Shown: positions 11,819 through 26,712, counted from the first letter of the whole stretch. The stretch: 62,523 nt of DNA, filler included, from Dugesia japonica (GCA_001938525.1; 6 parts of 6 records of this genome joined end to end with filler, not necessarily neighbours in it); one strand, 5' to 3'. The notes: generated by a model not told the origin, from the sequence alone. Numbers and translations are program-made.

Positions 11819-13291
11819 ACATGAAAATTGAATGGGCGAATGAATTAGAAGAAGTTTTTAATGAAATAAAAGAAGCACTAATGATGTCTCCAATAGTAGG
11901 TTTTCCAGATATAAATAGAGGATTTATTTTGGACACGGATGCAAGTTTCGATACGATTGGGATAGTACCCTCTCAAAAAGAAAACAATGGGCAAGAGTAA
12001 TTGCATGAGAAAGAATATTTTATTACGCGGAAAGAATTGCTCGCAATTTACTACTTTTTTATTCATTTCAAACATTACTTATATGGAAAAAGTGATCACT
12101 TTTATGCTAAATACCAAGAAGCCAATCACAGTATAGTTTCAAACCTGAATTAATTATTTGAGCAGTTTAGATATAACATTGGAATATAGAAAAGGATCGC
12201 TTCATACAAATGCGGATATGTTGTCAAGTAGTGAATGCGGTACAAGTGCACAATATTTAATATCACATAAAGATCCAAAAAGTGGAAAATTAAAAACAAG
12301 GATGTTAAATACAGTAGATATTCAAGAAAAACAAGGCAACTTTGGGGAGAATGGTGAAGGAACATGGATCCTGATGATAAAGTAGAAAAAGTTATAATTA
12401 GGATAAGCCATCTTTTGTGTGATGCTGGAGCAGAAAAAGTAGCAGCGTATGTGAAGCATAAATATAACGCGAAACATTTGTGGAGCAAAGTACAAGAGGC
12501 TGTGCGAAGCAGTATAACATACCAGAAAGCTAAAGTGTTGACAACAAAAACGAATGAAGAAACAAAAAAGACTCAGCAAGCCGAAATGTTTGAACTGTTA
12601 TTTGTATATGTGTGTGGACCACTTCCGGAGACAAGACGTCGAAAAAAATATGTTTTCGGTATAATAGAGCAATGTAGTAAGTATGTAGCAAGATGAAGAG
12701 ACTATATGGAAACAATATTTGAGAAGTGAATATTAAAGTTCGGGTGTCCGAGATAAATTAAAGTTGATTGTGGAAGAGCATTTGAGTCTAAATTAATGAA
12801 AGATATTGCAGCTGAACATGGAATTACCCTCAAGTTCTCGAATCTTTATCATCATAACTCAAATGGACAAATTGAGAGGCAATTTAGGACAATGCGAGAT
12901 ATGATAAATGCGACACTTAAAGAAAAGAAAACCTCAGATTGGGCTGATGTGTTACCAGAGATAGAATTAACCTTGAATGTTAAACAAAACAGAAGACCGC
13001 CGGGATAAGCCTTGCTGAAATCGTATTTGGAAAGAGAATAAGCAGAGAAAAAAGGTACGAAACAGATCCTCAAAGATAGCACAAAGATGAAGATTTAAAG
13101 ATATTGACCAGAGGACAATTCAAGGTTTGTGATGAGGTCTTAGTGAAAGTTCAAACAAGAACCAAGATTTTTTTGAATGACGTTATAAGAGCAAAGTAAA
13201 GGCACACGACAGACGTTACATCCTTGAAGATATAAACTGGAAAAGCCTCGAAAGAAACAGAGAAGATCAAAACAATTCTTAAAAATGCGGA
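11819..13291 (+). mobile_element. Gypsy/Ty3 pol remnant (RNase H plus integrase)
   Basis: RNase H motifs LDTDASFDTIG, ITRKELLAIYYF, HFKHYLYGK and HTNADMLS; integrase motifs SHLLCDAG.EK, GPLPET..KYVFGIIE, VDCGRAFES and HNSNGQIERQFRT; multiple stops. Confidence 0.92.
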
Positions 13292-13634
13292 TGAGTATGT
13301 TTTAAAAAGTGAGTTGAAATTATTGTGGGGTTGGTGACCGTTTTCTTGAAATCTATTTTGAAAAATATTTAAATTGAAATAAAAAATCAAATGACTGATA
13401 AGTAATTGTTTTAAATTTTGAAATTAAATTTTAATAAATAAATTGAAAATTTATTTTAAAATCAGAATAAAAAATCAAATGACTTTAAATAGATTTTAAG
13501 AAACGATCACCAATTTAAAACAGGAATTTAATTTGTTTAAAAACACAATTAGTGTTGTTATAGTTTTTTTGAAATAAATTTTATGAAGTTGAATTTTGAT
13601 GTTGATAATCCGAGTTCTCAAAACTCATCTAACA
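13292..13634 (+). mobile_element. 3' LTR of the Gypsy remnant (TG...CA)
   Basis: Follows a degenerate PPT (aaaaatgcgga) and is homologous at both ends to 4151-4523. Confidence 0.75.
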
Positions 13635-15199
13635 AAGGGAAAGGCATGAAAAAATGAATTTGCTTGGGCATCTGAAATCTTTCCTGGTGCAGGTAAAGAT
13701 GTTAAACACTTTATCTAGTGTGTTGTTTTTTTACCATTCAAGGATTGGAAATAGAATCAAGATCTTCCAATAAAAACCATAAAGTCACGTCCCTAGAGTT
13801 TCATAGATAGTGTATTATTCATTATGAAAAATTATCTGTTAGTTATTAATATATTTGCAAAAGTCCAAAACGAGTTTGTTAGCTCAAGACAGAAAGTTAA
13901 TAGGGACATTAAGCATTACTTTCCTAATACAGCAAATTATACCGATGTATGAAAGAAAGGTAAATGAATAGTGACAAACAATTTGGTAGAGTCACCAGCA
14001 TACTTGTTTTCTAAAGTATTTCTCTGATCAGCCAATGGCTGTTATCCAAGAGTATATGATGTCCATGTTATGCGTGTTTTATGTAGAAATATTTTTGTTT
14101 ATACATTGTTTGATTTTAATTATTTTTTATCAGACCACCATTTCAACATAATTAAATAATATCATCACCATTATTATTAATAAAAATACAGGATACTTGA
14201 CTTACTATTGTCAATATTTGCCTGCCGTAATTCATATAAAACATAAGCGTCGTGTTTTCAATAGAATTAGTACTTTCTATACAATGTGTGCAGAAGTAAA
14301 AAGGATCATTAGCAACATTAATGGATTCTATTGGCAAGTAGAATCTAATTAATATATGTATTCCCTCCACAACGTAATCGACGTTTGTAATTAATTATGG
14401 AAATAATTAGTATTATTTTATGAAATTTTTAAGGATTTATTACGAATTTGATTTATCTATTGACTATCTAAGACATTATCACCTTTAATTTGAAAATAAA
14501 TTGGAAATAAAATGAATCTTATTATAGTTATAATAATGAAATTATATATATATATATATTGTTAGAATTGTTATTTCTCCAATTTAAAAGAACTTGTTGC
14601 ATTAAAATAATCTAAAATTAAGTACCAAAATAATATTCAAAAAGCTATCACAACTATTAAAATATTTAAACAAAAATATTCTTCTGAGGATTTATTTTGT
14701 CATCTTCTGGTATTTCAATAAAAATTTAGGAAATAGAAAATTATCCTAAAATAATTTTTGATTTCAAATCATTAATTTTAAAATTATTTATTTGTTATTT
14801 ATAACTCTTAGATTTTATATTTTTTATTTCATTTAAATATCACATTGAAACTCATTTTAATTTCATTTATTATTTAGAAATTTTAAATTTGCAATCACAT
14901 CCACTGGCAAATATTCGTTTAGCTCACTTAATACATTGTCTATATTTTATTTTATAGGCCTCTAATAAATAAAATTTTACTTAGATGTATTGCTGCCATC
15001 AGAATAAGCACGTGAAACTCGTTTTTATGAAATTACTTAATATTTGGTTAAATAAATAGACGAAATACTGGAGAAATGCTAAAATTAAGAAATATTCGCT
15101 TAAGTGCACTCATGTTTTATTTTTTGAAAATAATCACAAATACAAATTTGAAAATTTTAATAATGTGTGTTTTCTCTGACACTTAAATTAAAAATTCTT

Positions 15200-15465
15200 C
15201 TAGGCATTGAATTAGATAAAGTTTTTATTGTTGATTCGTCAACATCCTTCTAATTCGTTCTGATTCAAAGCTGTCTTAAATTGTCTCCCATTGCCATTCT
15301 TTAGAGTTCAAATCTGAACTGCATGAAGGTCAATCAATTAGAGAAATTTCTATCGAGGAAAACCAAGACTTTGTCAAAAAATAAACGTGTATGGAAGCGT
15401 TATCTTGCTAGTAATGGAAAGTAGTTCTGGCGTTGCTAGTCAAATATGAAAATAGAGTATCTTCT
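15200..15465 (-). mobile_element. Tc1-like transposase DDE fragment
   Basis: Minus-strand HY*QDNASIH..TKSWF..LID*PSCSSDLNSKEWQW corresponds to the Tc1 motifs QDNA..H and WPS.SPDLNPIE..W. Confidence 0.75.
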
Positions 15466-17404
15466 AAAAATTTGGTGTATAAAACGGAAGTTGTCCGCGT
15501 ATGTATTGTGGATAACTTTCCATAGAAACTAATATCGCTCTAAACCGTGACACTGTCCCACGGAAATTTCGATTAGACCTAAATTCTTGATTTGCCTTTA
15601 AATCGTGCAATAACAATTTCAGCGTCAATAAAGAAGAACTATACAATAATATGGCGTATTATTGTTTTCGATGATTTCAATAAATGTATTTATTATTTAT
15701 TATTTAATTTTTTTTACATTTTATTTGAATTTAAATTTGAAATATTTATAAAAAACAACATTTATTACATAAAGTTCATTAACATTTAATGGATCTTCTT
15801 GTCTAACTTTTTGATCCTCTAAATTATTCCAGTAGACTTAATTGACTTTTTGAAACCTTTGATCTCTATCTGGATCATTCATTTAGATTCATCATCGTAG
15901 ATTTTCTCATCTCGTTCCTTAAAATTGATGAAAATTGCTTCGGTAATTTCAATATCTCTGCTAAATCTTTCCAATATTATTTTAATATGCTTCTGTCCTT
16001 CTCATTAATTACAGATAGAAGCAAACTATATTTTGAACGTTTAATCATAATCGCTTTCTAAAAACAAAATTAATTTATAAAAAAAGAAATTAACAATTAA
16101 TTTAAAGTCACATATAATTGGTTTCTTTAGTAAATACATCTTGTGGTTATGAAAATCCGAAATTTTTCCAAGTTTCAGTGTAATTGTTGAGACATTTACT
16201 TTATTGAGAATATTTTCTTATATGTTTGATTTGTAAAAATGATTAATTTGTGAAAACCTTTGCTTTTATACTTGTGCGATACATAAATACTCGTTATTTG
16301 CTAGTTTTATTGGTTATTGTCGGTTTAATTTACATAATTTGTTGTTATTTTTATGATTGATTATTATTCGTTTTAACTGATATGATTGGTGAATGGATTT
16401 ATATAAATAAGACTTGTTTTTTCGAATAAATTTATTATAAAAAATGCATATATTTTCAAATTTATAAATGAACGAGCAAAGAGGAAATGATGATCAAAGG
16501 GAAGAAAATATATTGGTGATATTGAAAGAGGAAAAATAAATGTTGCTGAAGAAATTCAAATAATAGAAGATATTGCAAAGGAAAAAATTAAACCAAACGA
16601 ACAAAGACCTGATGGTGATCAAAAGATGGAAGTGAGTTGCAATGATGATCATCAAGAACCCTATGAGGATTATCAAGAATCATGTAAGGATCATCAAAAA
16701 AACGTTATATTGATGAAGTAATGTATCGTTATAGGGGTAAGGAATTTATTTAATGTTTGTTTCTTTAATTTTTTTATTTTAGAATTAGCAAGGCAAATAG
16801 TAATCAAAAAAATTTCTAAATTCTTCAAACATTGTGAAGATATGAATTCTAAGGAATATTGGGATTAAGTTTTAAAATAAACATTCATTGACATAGTTCT
16901 AATTATGGATGATTTTATTCTTCAACTACAATTCAATTCCTATGCAAGGCAAACAAAGATAACTTCGGCATCATGAAGGAAAATATTCTCAAGATATCGA
17001 ACGACTTTGAAAAATAATGTTATATTAATAAAATTTTTAAATTGGAAAATTGTTTTCTTTAATTTATTTTTATAATTTTTTTATTTGTAAATAGTTTTCA
17101 ATGGAGAATATTCTTATTAGTATTAAATATACAACAGATTCTCCCCTCACTAGAGGAAGACTCAATAATCAGTGGCCGATATATAGAATGCGATATTAGT
17201 TTTAATACCAATATAACTTTTTTTAACGAGCTTTGTGTTAATTTACTTGTAGAATCTAAAAAAATATTTGTTTCTACATTTATTAGGAGTTTTAAATTGA
17301 CATTAGCATACTTAATCATAAATAACTTATATCAGTTTTAAGAAATAACTATTGATAATCCTATGTTTCTGTTTAGTAGTTCATTTAAAAGACAATTTTT
17401 TAGT

Positions 17405-17980
17405 GGTGTCTATGGTCGAGCTAGGGAAAAATGGGGCTCTATCCACAAGAAACTGCAGAGACAAATTACAGAGCTCCAGGATAAGAATACCAAGCTACGT
17501 AACTAGAAAACAAATCTAAAGGAGAAAGATTCAGCCCTCTTTCAATCGAGTAGGATGATAATCAAACTGACTTGATAAAATCGTACGCGGATCGGGAACG
17601 AGTCCTCATCTCGAGAGTTTGCAGGTTGAGTTCGGCGTCGTGGAACGATAGAAAATCAACGGAAGTCGATCCGAAGGAAGTCACTACGATTAATGATGCA
17701 CGTAAGGTGTTGTTAAAAAAACTGCAAATAAAACTTTAATTTTATAATATCTTTTCCAAGATGTTTGATTGAGAATGATGGTGAAACAGATAACTAAGAA
17801 CTAAAGAAAATATAACTGTAGCCAAGAAGAAGAAAATACAAAGAGAGTTTACCGCAAAGTTTCACATGGACTTGTGGAGGATGTCACAATGCACGAGGCA
17901 TTGTGAAGTTTTTGTCGGTTTTGGGTATCTACCCCTAGAACATATTAAGATGAAAACAGCATAAAGAAGAATAGCAAACT
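17405..17980 (+). pseudogene. Decayed coiled-coil accessory ORF plus downstream block, repeat-borne
   Basis: REKWGSIHKKLQRQITELQDKNTKLRN*KTNLKEKDSALFQ aligns with 33875-34171 (RKKWCSMHKKVKREIIELQRKDALLREKNNCLKERDLALSQ). The block at ~17860-17970 recurs at ~19770-19880. Confidence 0.65.
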
Positions 17981-18129
17981 AGAAAATCATCAGAAACTGT
18001 ACACAAAGAAATGATAAAATTAAAAAAACCTCGAATCTAACAAATATAAAACAATAAAAATATAAAACCGGTTAAAAAAAAGATAAAAACCTAAAAAAAA
18101 AAATTCTAATACGCTCATTCTAATAGTAC

Positions 18130-19600
18130 GCCTATGTATTATAACAAGAGTTTTAAATTTAATTAATTCGATATGTAATGCATGAAAATACTATATCTAA
18201 AAAATTATAAACAACCAAAATAAATCAAATTATAATTTGTATCCATAGTATTCTACATACTTCACTAATTGAATAGTTCTTAATGAGTTTTATTCACCAA
18301 ATACTATCTCATATCGAACTAAAAATCATTGTTCAGCTCCGCTAGAATGATTCTCCAAGATTCGATTTCTGCTACAGCTAGCAGTTCAGCCTCATTTACT
18401 CATGCTATCCCGTTTTAATACCTGAAATTTCCAATTCATCAAATATATCAGAAAATCGTCCCTCCAAAATATAAACGAACTTTCCCACGTAACCATTTAA
18501 AATTTGAAAATTCATTGTAATCTTATTTTGCCTTTTGAATGCATTCAAAAAGGGATGTCAGTATTTATTGTGGCCAAAACCATTAAGCCTCTTCGATGCA
18601 CAAAATATAATTTTCTGGTTCGAGTTTGCTGCTAAACTGCTCTAAGAAATGTGGTTAATTGAAATTTTTATAGATTTCATACAACAAAGTGTGTAAATTC
18701 TCTATTGAAAACTCAGATTTAGGACCAATACCTCATATTGTGAATGCTTTAATTATCAAACTGCTATTAATTTAATCAACCATTCAATTACCAAATTTGA
18801 AATTATTTCGTAAAAGGGTATTTTTGGAATTTCTTTTTTTATCTGCATATCACTCGTTTCTTACGCTTTTGCAATATGTGCCATAACTCGTTTCAAATGA
18901 GCTCTCGAAACACCTGTTTATTGTCACATCGATAAGTTGTAATAGTTATGTAATATTTGGTGGAATAAGTTTAATAAAAATATTCATCTTTTCATTTTTT
19001 TCCCACAAGCTTTATATGTGGATCATATGAATCAATTAATAAAAATAACAGTTCTCTGAGAAAACATGCCTCCGATCTGGTAAGAATAACATTTTCGATA
19101 TATTTGTTAAGAATTTCAGTGCTCCACATGCTGCTATTGTTAACATCTATGAAAACTTTTTTATCTTAGAAGTCTTTTTATGATTACTGAATAAGACATG
19201 AGGCTTGTACATTCTTCCGTCCATGAAAATATAAAAGGTCGCTGTAAATCTTTTGTGTGCACTACTCGCCTTCTTCATGGACAGATTTATATTTTTAGTC
19301 ACTCAATATATTTTTAGTTTCTTTTGTTGTAATAGTGGTATTTGGTTCTGCCTCAAAATACCATGGAACTTGATGCATATTTAAAATATTTTTTGCTTTG
19401 ATTGTTTTCTTTGTCAATTATCTTCTGAACACGAAAATGGAACTCCAGCTGATTTCATCAGCAATTGGTAGAAGAGTTCTAGATGTTGTCTGCCATCTTG
19501 CAAAAATATTATTTAGTAACTTGAATTTTTCCAACCATCCTGAAGATGCTTTGAAAATAGCCCATTCGTGTATTATTTAAACAATACGACTAGGCGTTAT
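18130..19600 (-). mobile_element. pogo/Tigger-like (CENP-B HTH plus DDE_1) transposase remnant
   Basis: Minus-strand FKASSGWLEKFKLLNNI and ILNMHQVPWYFEAEPNTT (the NMDxTP motif); heavily degraded. Confidence 0.8.
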
Positions 19601-20095
19601 ATTCGAGGGAAGACTGTAGGTCGTGTTTGTGTAAATAAAACTTTAGTTCTACGACTCAATTTTTTAAAAGCATTCATTCTAGAGTAGTAGTGAGTAAAAT
19701 AATCTTTAGTCTAAGAAATTTGAAGTGTAGCAATGAAGAATTGAATGATAAAGACTGGATGCTACACAGTCCCATATGGACTCGGGTGAATGTAACAATG
19801 CACAAGATATCATCAAATTTCTTCCGGCTTCGGGATATTTATCCCTAGAAAATCTTGCAATGGAAACAGAGGAAAGAAGATGGATGAAAACTTAATAAAG
19901 TAATAACAACTTAATTAACATCAACAAACCTCGAAGCCCAGAAATATTTTGTTTTTGATTAGTCTCCTTATGAACATGNNNNNNNNNNNNNNNNNNNNNN
20001 NNNNNNNNNNNNNNNNNNNNNNTTAATTAATTAANNNNNNNNNNNNNNNNNNNNNNNNNNNNNNNNNNNNNNNNNNNNATATATATATATATATA

Positions 20096-20572
20096 TTAGG
20101 AGTGCAAGTAATGAGAAAATTTTAAATCAAAATCAAAACTTTTTGACTTATTAACAAAAGACAATAAGTCATTCATATAATTGTTATCTATTCACAAACG
20201 AATCAGTGCCATCCGAATAAAATTTGATTTCTTTTTCAACAAAATACTTAAAGAGGTCCAATTTCATGTTTTTTTTACGTTTTTTCTCTTAATAAAGTTT
20301 TCGAGAGAATGAAAAAGGGTAATAATTTGGTAGGGAAATTACAAAATTGATTTTAAACGATTGGTTGCATCTGAAGCATTTGTATCCAAATTGAATTCAT
20401 AAAACAAAATCTTCTTATGCCATTTTTAAATACAATATTTTCTCTAAAATTTATTAACTGATTTATTTAAACATAAAATCAATTTTTGTTACATTTGTAA
20501 AATAATTTTTAATTCTTCAATAATAAAGTAAAATGAATAAATTTTTTTCTCATTACTTTTCGGCACCCTTAA
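20096..20572. mobile_element. Mariner-type MITE with TIRs and TA flanks
   Basis: The left end TTAGGAGTGCAAGTAATGAGAAAA and the right end TTTTCTCATTACTTTTCGGCACCCTTAA are imperfect inverted repeats, each flanked by TA. Confidence 0.7.
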
Positions 20573-20579
20573 TATATCA

Positions 20580-21656
20580 TTTTCTAATAAAGAAATATTT
20601 GCAAGTTGTGTTGTTGTTTATCTGAAGTGTAGTTTAAGCGTTATCTATTTATAACTTACAATTTTGAAAATTGTTTATACAAAATATTTTATTTTATATT
20701 TTGGATATCGAAATTTCTGCCTGAAAAACGTGATCTGCAGAAGAGCATTATTTTCAATTTTAAGAAAAGGGTTATCCATGCCCATAAATTGTTTTTAGAA
20801 GCTAATAGCATACATGCCTTTTCTGAAAGAACTTGCCGAGAACGATTTCAACGATTTAAAACCGGAGATTTAGTGTAATCGACTAAGAGAATGAAAAACC
20901 ATCGAATAAAGTTGAATACTATAAACTACTATAAAAGTATCATTGAACGAATACGATGTTTAAACAAAAAAGCAGTTAGCTACCTTATTGAATGTACCTC
21001 AACAAGCTATTTTAAACTGCTTGCGTGATATGGGAAATATACAGAAAAAAGGAAAGTAGTTGACTTATAAATTAATAGAAACAAACAAACATCAGAAAAT
21101 AACCACTTGCAAGACTTTAATAAAAAAGAATAAAAGAAAGTCTTTCCTGCATCTTATAGTCATTTTGAGATTAAAAATATATTAATTTTTATAATTATAA
21201 GCGTAAATAATCGTGGATTAATCCAGGCCAGCAAAGCGACGAGTTTGGGCAGCCAGGTATAGGAAAGTGATCTTACTACATGATAAGGCCTGAGGTTATG
21301 TTGTAAAACCTGTCAAAGACAGATTAAAATAGCTAAAATTGGATGTTTTACCCTACCCACAATACTCACCAGACATTGATCTGTCCGATAACCACTTGTT
21401 CTGATTGATGGCACATGATCTGATATTCTAGAGCTGTACAAATTATAAAGATGTCAAAACATTGCTAGATGATTGGAATGCCTCGAAATCAATCAATTCT
21501 TTTATTATGTAATTCATTCATTGCCCAAAATTTCGTTAAATGTTGTTATTAATCATGTAAATTATTCGTAATAAAAGAAATTAATTTGACGTTTTTCGTT
21601 ATCATTGATTTTCTTAAATCGTAAAAATCAGCGGATTCATACTTTTACACTTAATA
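20580..21656 (+). mobile_element. Mariner (DD34D) transposase remnant
   Basis: SERTCRERFQRFKTGD (HTH), KVILLHDKA and LPYPQYSPDIDLSDNHLF (the YSPDL motif); TIR-like end ...ATACTTTTACACTTAA followed by TA. Confidence 0.85.
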
Positions 21657-22958
21657 AGTATAATTAAAACAATATAAAATAATTAGTGTATATAAAATAT
21701 ACTTTCTCAAATAAATTTAAATTTTATTGATTTTAGTTTAAATTTGTTTTAACTTTTCAATTTTTTTCTAACAACAAATTCAACATATTTCCATTATTTA
21801 ACATTATTAATCTTTTTACACTTTTACTGAAATATCCCACAATTTTTACTTTCCCTTTAAATATTTATGATGTGGAGATTTTTAAATTTATTTTTCTATT
21901 ACTAAAATAATGAAACAAAAATACTTTAAATAGAGATTTATGTATATTTCTCAAATTTTGACTGATAATTTGTCTGCTCATAATACCTAGAAAAAATCAA
22001 ATTTTCTTTCACAAATCATTAATACAAATTATTAAATAAAACCAAATTGTGAATAATCTTTTACAAAAAAATTGCACAATATTACATTTGTGATTGTTAT
22101 AAAACAAAAGAAAATAGAAAAATAGAATTAAAGTATATACACAGCAATATAAAATAAATATTTAATTTTATAAAATATAAAAAAAATAATTTCCGTAGAA
22201 AATGATTTTTAATGGAAATGGGAGAAATTTTGGTATTGTTAAAATGGAAATTTTACTTTTTTGAAATATTTTCACAAACAAAAGTATCTCGATTTCGATA
22301 GGATCAAGTTATTTATAACATATTAAATATTAAAATTTCTGCGAAATGTTGTTTGAAATGTAAATTGAAGAATACATTAATTAATAAACAATTAGTTCAT
22401 TTAATTTAATTTAATTTAATTTAGCTATAATTCAAAAAATAGCTAGAAAAGCACAAAGAAAACTGCTATCAAAGTGAAGGCACAACAACGATAATGAAAG
22501 AAACAAAAACAATTTATAATAAGAAAAAAAAGAGATAATTGTAAGAAAGAAAAATGGGAAAAATGATAGATCAGCAAAACCAGACGAAAAAGAGTTAAAA
22601 GAACCACCACATTCAAATACCCATACAACTTCTACAGAAAGCCGTCAAACATGAAGAGAAAATGCTGAACCATGAAACTAGAGATAACAGATAATTATTT
22701 TTTATCTATACTGTCGTAAAGTAAAGAAAAGCCTTGAAATCTCCCTTTTAAGGAGCAGTGAGTGATTTATATGCTGATCTTCATTTAGTGTTATTTATCT
22801 GTGGAACTCCTGTATTAGTTAGTATTAGTACCTTTCTTCGGAATAGAAAGCCCCGCTATGAATATATTTTAATATTTATTGATTTCATATAAAAGTAATT
22901 TAAAATTATTTAAAAAACACAATTCTGTCTTTGATACACTTTCAAATACTGGTATAAT

Positions 22959-24030
22959 CAGTGGTGTAATGAGGCCGGAACGTGTCGGAACGTACCGAAA
23001 CGGGGTTACGGTACTTTTATTTAGTAATGAGTTTTTTTAAATTTTTGATAATTTGTTGATTGATTTTTATTATTAATAATAAATGTTTTCTTTTAAAAAA
23101 ACTTCTTTAAAAAGGGTAATAGAGTTAAAATGATTGACTAGTAAAAGACGTTTGGGAACCCCTGGTTTAAACTATAATTAAAATTAAAAAAATTACAGAA
23201 AAGTAATTTTAGGCAGAACGCAGAAAGAAGTTTGGAAGAGTTTCGTAAAGAATAAAATTGTTATTATTAGTTAAAGTATTGTTATTTAGTCAATTTTCAC
23301 TCAAAACTTAATTTAATAAAATGTTTGAATTATTAATCTTATTTTTAATATTATAAAGTGTTTTATGGAAATAAATATTACATTTAATTTGGGCGTTTCA
23401 TTTACTTGGTAACAATGCAATTACTGGATGTCAAACTATTAATAAACGATTTATGGTAATATATAAAAATGAAATTGCTTTTTTTAATTAAAAGATACTG
23501 ATTTTCATGATTTTATTTAATATTTATTTATGTTCGAATATTTCAAATCGAGTTACTTATCATTTGTTTTTTCTTTTTTGTTNNNNNNNNNNNNNNNTGT
23601 TTTTAAACATCTTTTATTAAGTTAAGTATTTCTTATTTTTTAAAAGATTAAATTAGATGAGCGATCTCCAACCAATTGAGGTTGTCGAGCCTAATTAGAA
23701 TTATAAAAAATGTCGAGGGCCGCACAATTTTTTATATGACCTAAGATTATTTTTATTATGTAATATTTGCATTGAAATACATAATCAATAAATAAAAATA
23801 AATAATTACAATGTAATTATTACATTTATAAATAAATAAAAATAAACAAAAATAGTTTAATAGATAAAGAGGGGCGCACTGGGTTACCCTTCCTCCAGGA
23901 TTATATAGTGTATAATTGATTTTAATTAATATGAATTTATTTAATTTCTTAAGTTAAATTAATTGTATTTTTGTCATTTAATTAATCACTAAAAAAGTTT
24001 TTTGAAATGGGCCGCGATTTGGACATCGCT
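22959..24030. mobile_element. Cluster of hAT-like terminal fragments
   Basis: CAGTGGTGTAA start at 22959, a GTTTGGGAACCCCTG end at ~23164, and GGGCCGC subterminal motifs with a TTTGGACATCGCTG end at ~24031. Confidence 0.45.
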
Positions 24031-26046
24031 GAATTAGTAAGGTACCCCTTAGTAGATACTAGATGCTCCAGAGGCAAATAAAGCGGGGTCTTTGAGAAAT
24101 TGAAGAGGTACAACTGTGGCGTATAATATGACAAAGTTCAAATATAAAAAATCAAAAATTAATAAATCAATAATAAAAAAATAAATAATAAATAATAAAT
24201 TTTTTAAAATTTTTTTTTAGTTATAAGCGATTGAAGTCATTATAGCAATTTTTTATTAATTATCTATAAATCTGTTGAAAAGTTAGTTTTATTTAAAATT
24301 TAATAAAGAACCAACCGCGCTTACAGAACATGGTGATTGGCTACTGATTTTAACGAAATTTAAATCTGACATTAATAAATTGGTGAAATTCCACCACCTC
24401 AATTATATCATTAAGTTTTTTTTTATTCATTTTGTTTTAATTTTTAAATTTGTAATAAACAATTTTTTACTACATTTCCTGATCATTTTAATTAATTTAT
24501 ACTTCGGGATCTTTAATAGATAGATATTTAGTANNNNNNNNNNNNNNNNNNNNNNNNNNNNNNNNNNNNNNNNNNNNNNNNNNNNNNNNNNNNNNNNNNN
24601 NNNNNNNNNNNNNNNNNNNNNNNNNNNNNNNNNNNNNNNNNNNNNNNNNNNNNNNNNNNNNNNNNNNNNNNNNNNNNNNNNNNNNNNNNNNNNNNNNNNN
24701 NNNNNNNNNNNNNNNNNNNNGTAAAACCGAATATTGTTTTCATTGATATTTTCTAAACCCAATTTAATATCTGCTTTTTATTTTAAAATTACTTAATTTA
24801 AAAAAGTTTAAAACATTTTGACTATATTTTTAATTTCAGTTTTTTATTATTTTTTTAAAAAAAACAAAAAAATTATAAAAAAATAACTTTCAACTATTCT
24901 TTTAAACACAATCTTAGATAAAATTTAGATAGAATGCCATATTTAAACCATTGGCCTCTTTTTTAAATAATTAATAAAATAATAATTAATGAGATTTGAT
25001 TAATAATAATTTTTTTCAGATTTATTAATTAATAAATTAGACTATTTAAAATTGAGGATTTTTATTATTATTAACAACAAAATAAAAAAATGATTCATGA
25101 TTTTATTAACATTAAAACAAACAATTTACTAAACTATTAAATTACTGTGAAAATAATTATATTAAAAGGCCAAATTTTAATAAATTTCGATGATATTAAT
25201 TAACAGATATGTTATATAATTAACAGAAATGAAATGATAAGATCCAATAATTCACCAAAAGAATAACATTGATTGGCTTAAATCAACCTGTTATTTAATT
25301 CGGTAAATTTAATGGAGAAAAAAATAAACAAGAGATCTAAAGTATTTAAATTTGTGAAGGTTTGTTTTAAAGAATACGTTTTGAAATTTATTAGATGTAG
25401 AATTGTAAAATATTTAGTGGTAACAATGAAATAAATAAAAATGATTGATGCAACCAGATTTCAAATTAAATCTTGCGATACAAAAAAAAAGTTGAAATAA
25501 CTTTTCTCATGTAACTTTTGACAATTCCCGCTTGTAAATATCTTTTTTAATGGAGGCGGTGTAGTATAAGACACTACGTAAACACTTCCATCTAAAATGG
25601 TACGAAAGAATTCTAGGAAATGTTTAATACTTTTTGCGACCTTTATTGTGCATTTCATCTGATCCTGCCAAAACTTTATCCATTGTTTAACATTAATTTG
25701 TTATTTTACATTTAAAATTTGTTTTTCTTTCCAATAAAATCAAAAGAATTTTGAAGATTTTACTAATTTTTGTTGAATCAGTCAAAAAGTTAAGTTCTGA
25801 AAGTAAACAATAGTCAAAAATTTGAATAACTACGAAAAAAGAAATGAATAAACAACAAACAACATTTTGATAGAAGCTTTTAATTAAATGAAATTCAAAA
25901 TTAATTAAATTAAGTCGTTTAATGTAAACAATAATTTATCAAAATTTTCAATATAAATTATGGCAATATTTGATTCGGTTTATTTTAGTGTAACCCCTAA
26001 AAGATTTTATGAGTATATTAATAATATATAATATTTCCCCATTGAT

Positions 26047-26611
26047 ACAGGGTTTTCTAAATGGTTCATTAAATTTTTCAAAATACTTAATCATTTTACC
26101 AAAATATTTAATCATTTGATAGGGAACTATTTTATTAAATGTATAAATGTGTAAAGTATTGTTATTATAATAAATGTATTATTAATTAGCATATTTGTAG
26201 GCATATACCCATAATTTTTTCATAGTTCAGGATTGTTCAAAATGTTTCCACATCAAGTCAAAATATTTTATCATTTTACCAAAATATTTAATCATTTTTC
26301 TAATTTCTTTATAGTTTTATGTCTACAAATATGCTAATTAATAATACATTTAATATAATAACAATAACATATTTTTAACAAATGAGATGTCTTAAAGAAT
26401 TATTCAAATTCCTGGTTCTCCGAGGTATTCTGGCATTGTTTTTGGCGCTTATACTTTCTGGAGAGATTTAAATATTTTCAATGCTGTTTTAATTGTTGTC
26501 AGTTATATCCATGTAGATTTTTGAGATATACTATAATTAATTTAAATAATTATAAATTATCAATGATTAAAAATTTTGACTTGATGCTGAAACATTTTGA
26601 GCAACCATGTA
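26047..26611. mobile_element. Tc1/mariner-type MITE(s) with an internal inverted repeat
   Basis: TA-CAGGGT start and ACCATG-TA end. ~26158-26206 and ~26319-26366 are inverted copies, and aatcattttaccaaaatatttaatcattt is duplicated. Confidence 0.6.
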
Positions 26612-26712
26612 ATGCACTTATTATGTATATTAAAAGTCTAGTGTTTTATAATAAACATGTTTAGATAACATACATCTAGTAGATATTACACGTATTATAT
26701 AATAGATAAATA

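Noticed and set aside
13640-14400. Short fragments resembling hAT (CIIH) or an exon (14152-14370)
   Set aside because: Too short and degraded to support a call.
25461-25658. Possible further RPTP exon, or tRNA-like GGCGGTGTAGTATAA
   Set aside because: No recognisable FN3/PTP similarity, no convincing splice pair and no T-arm.
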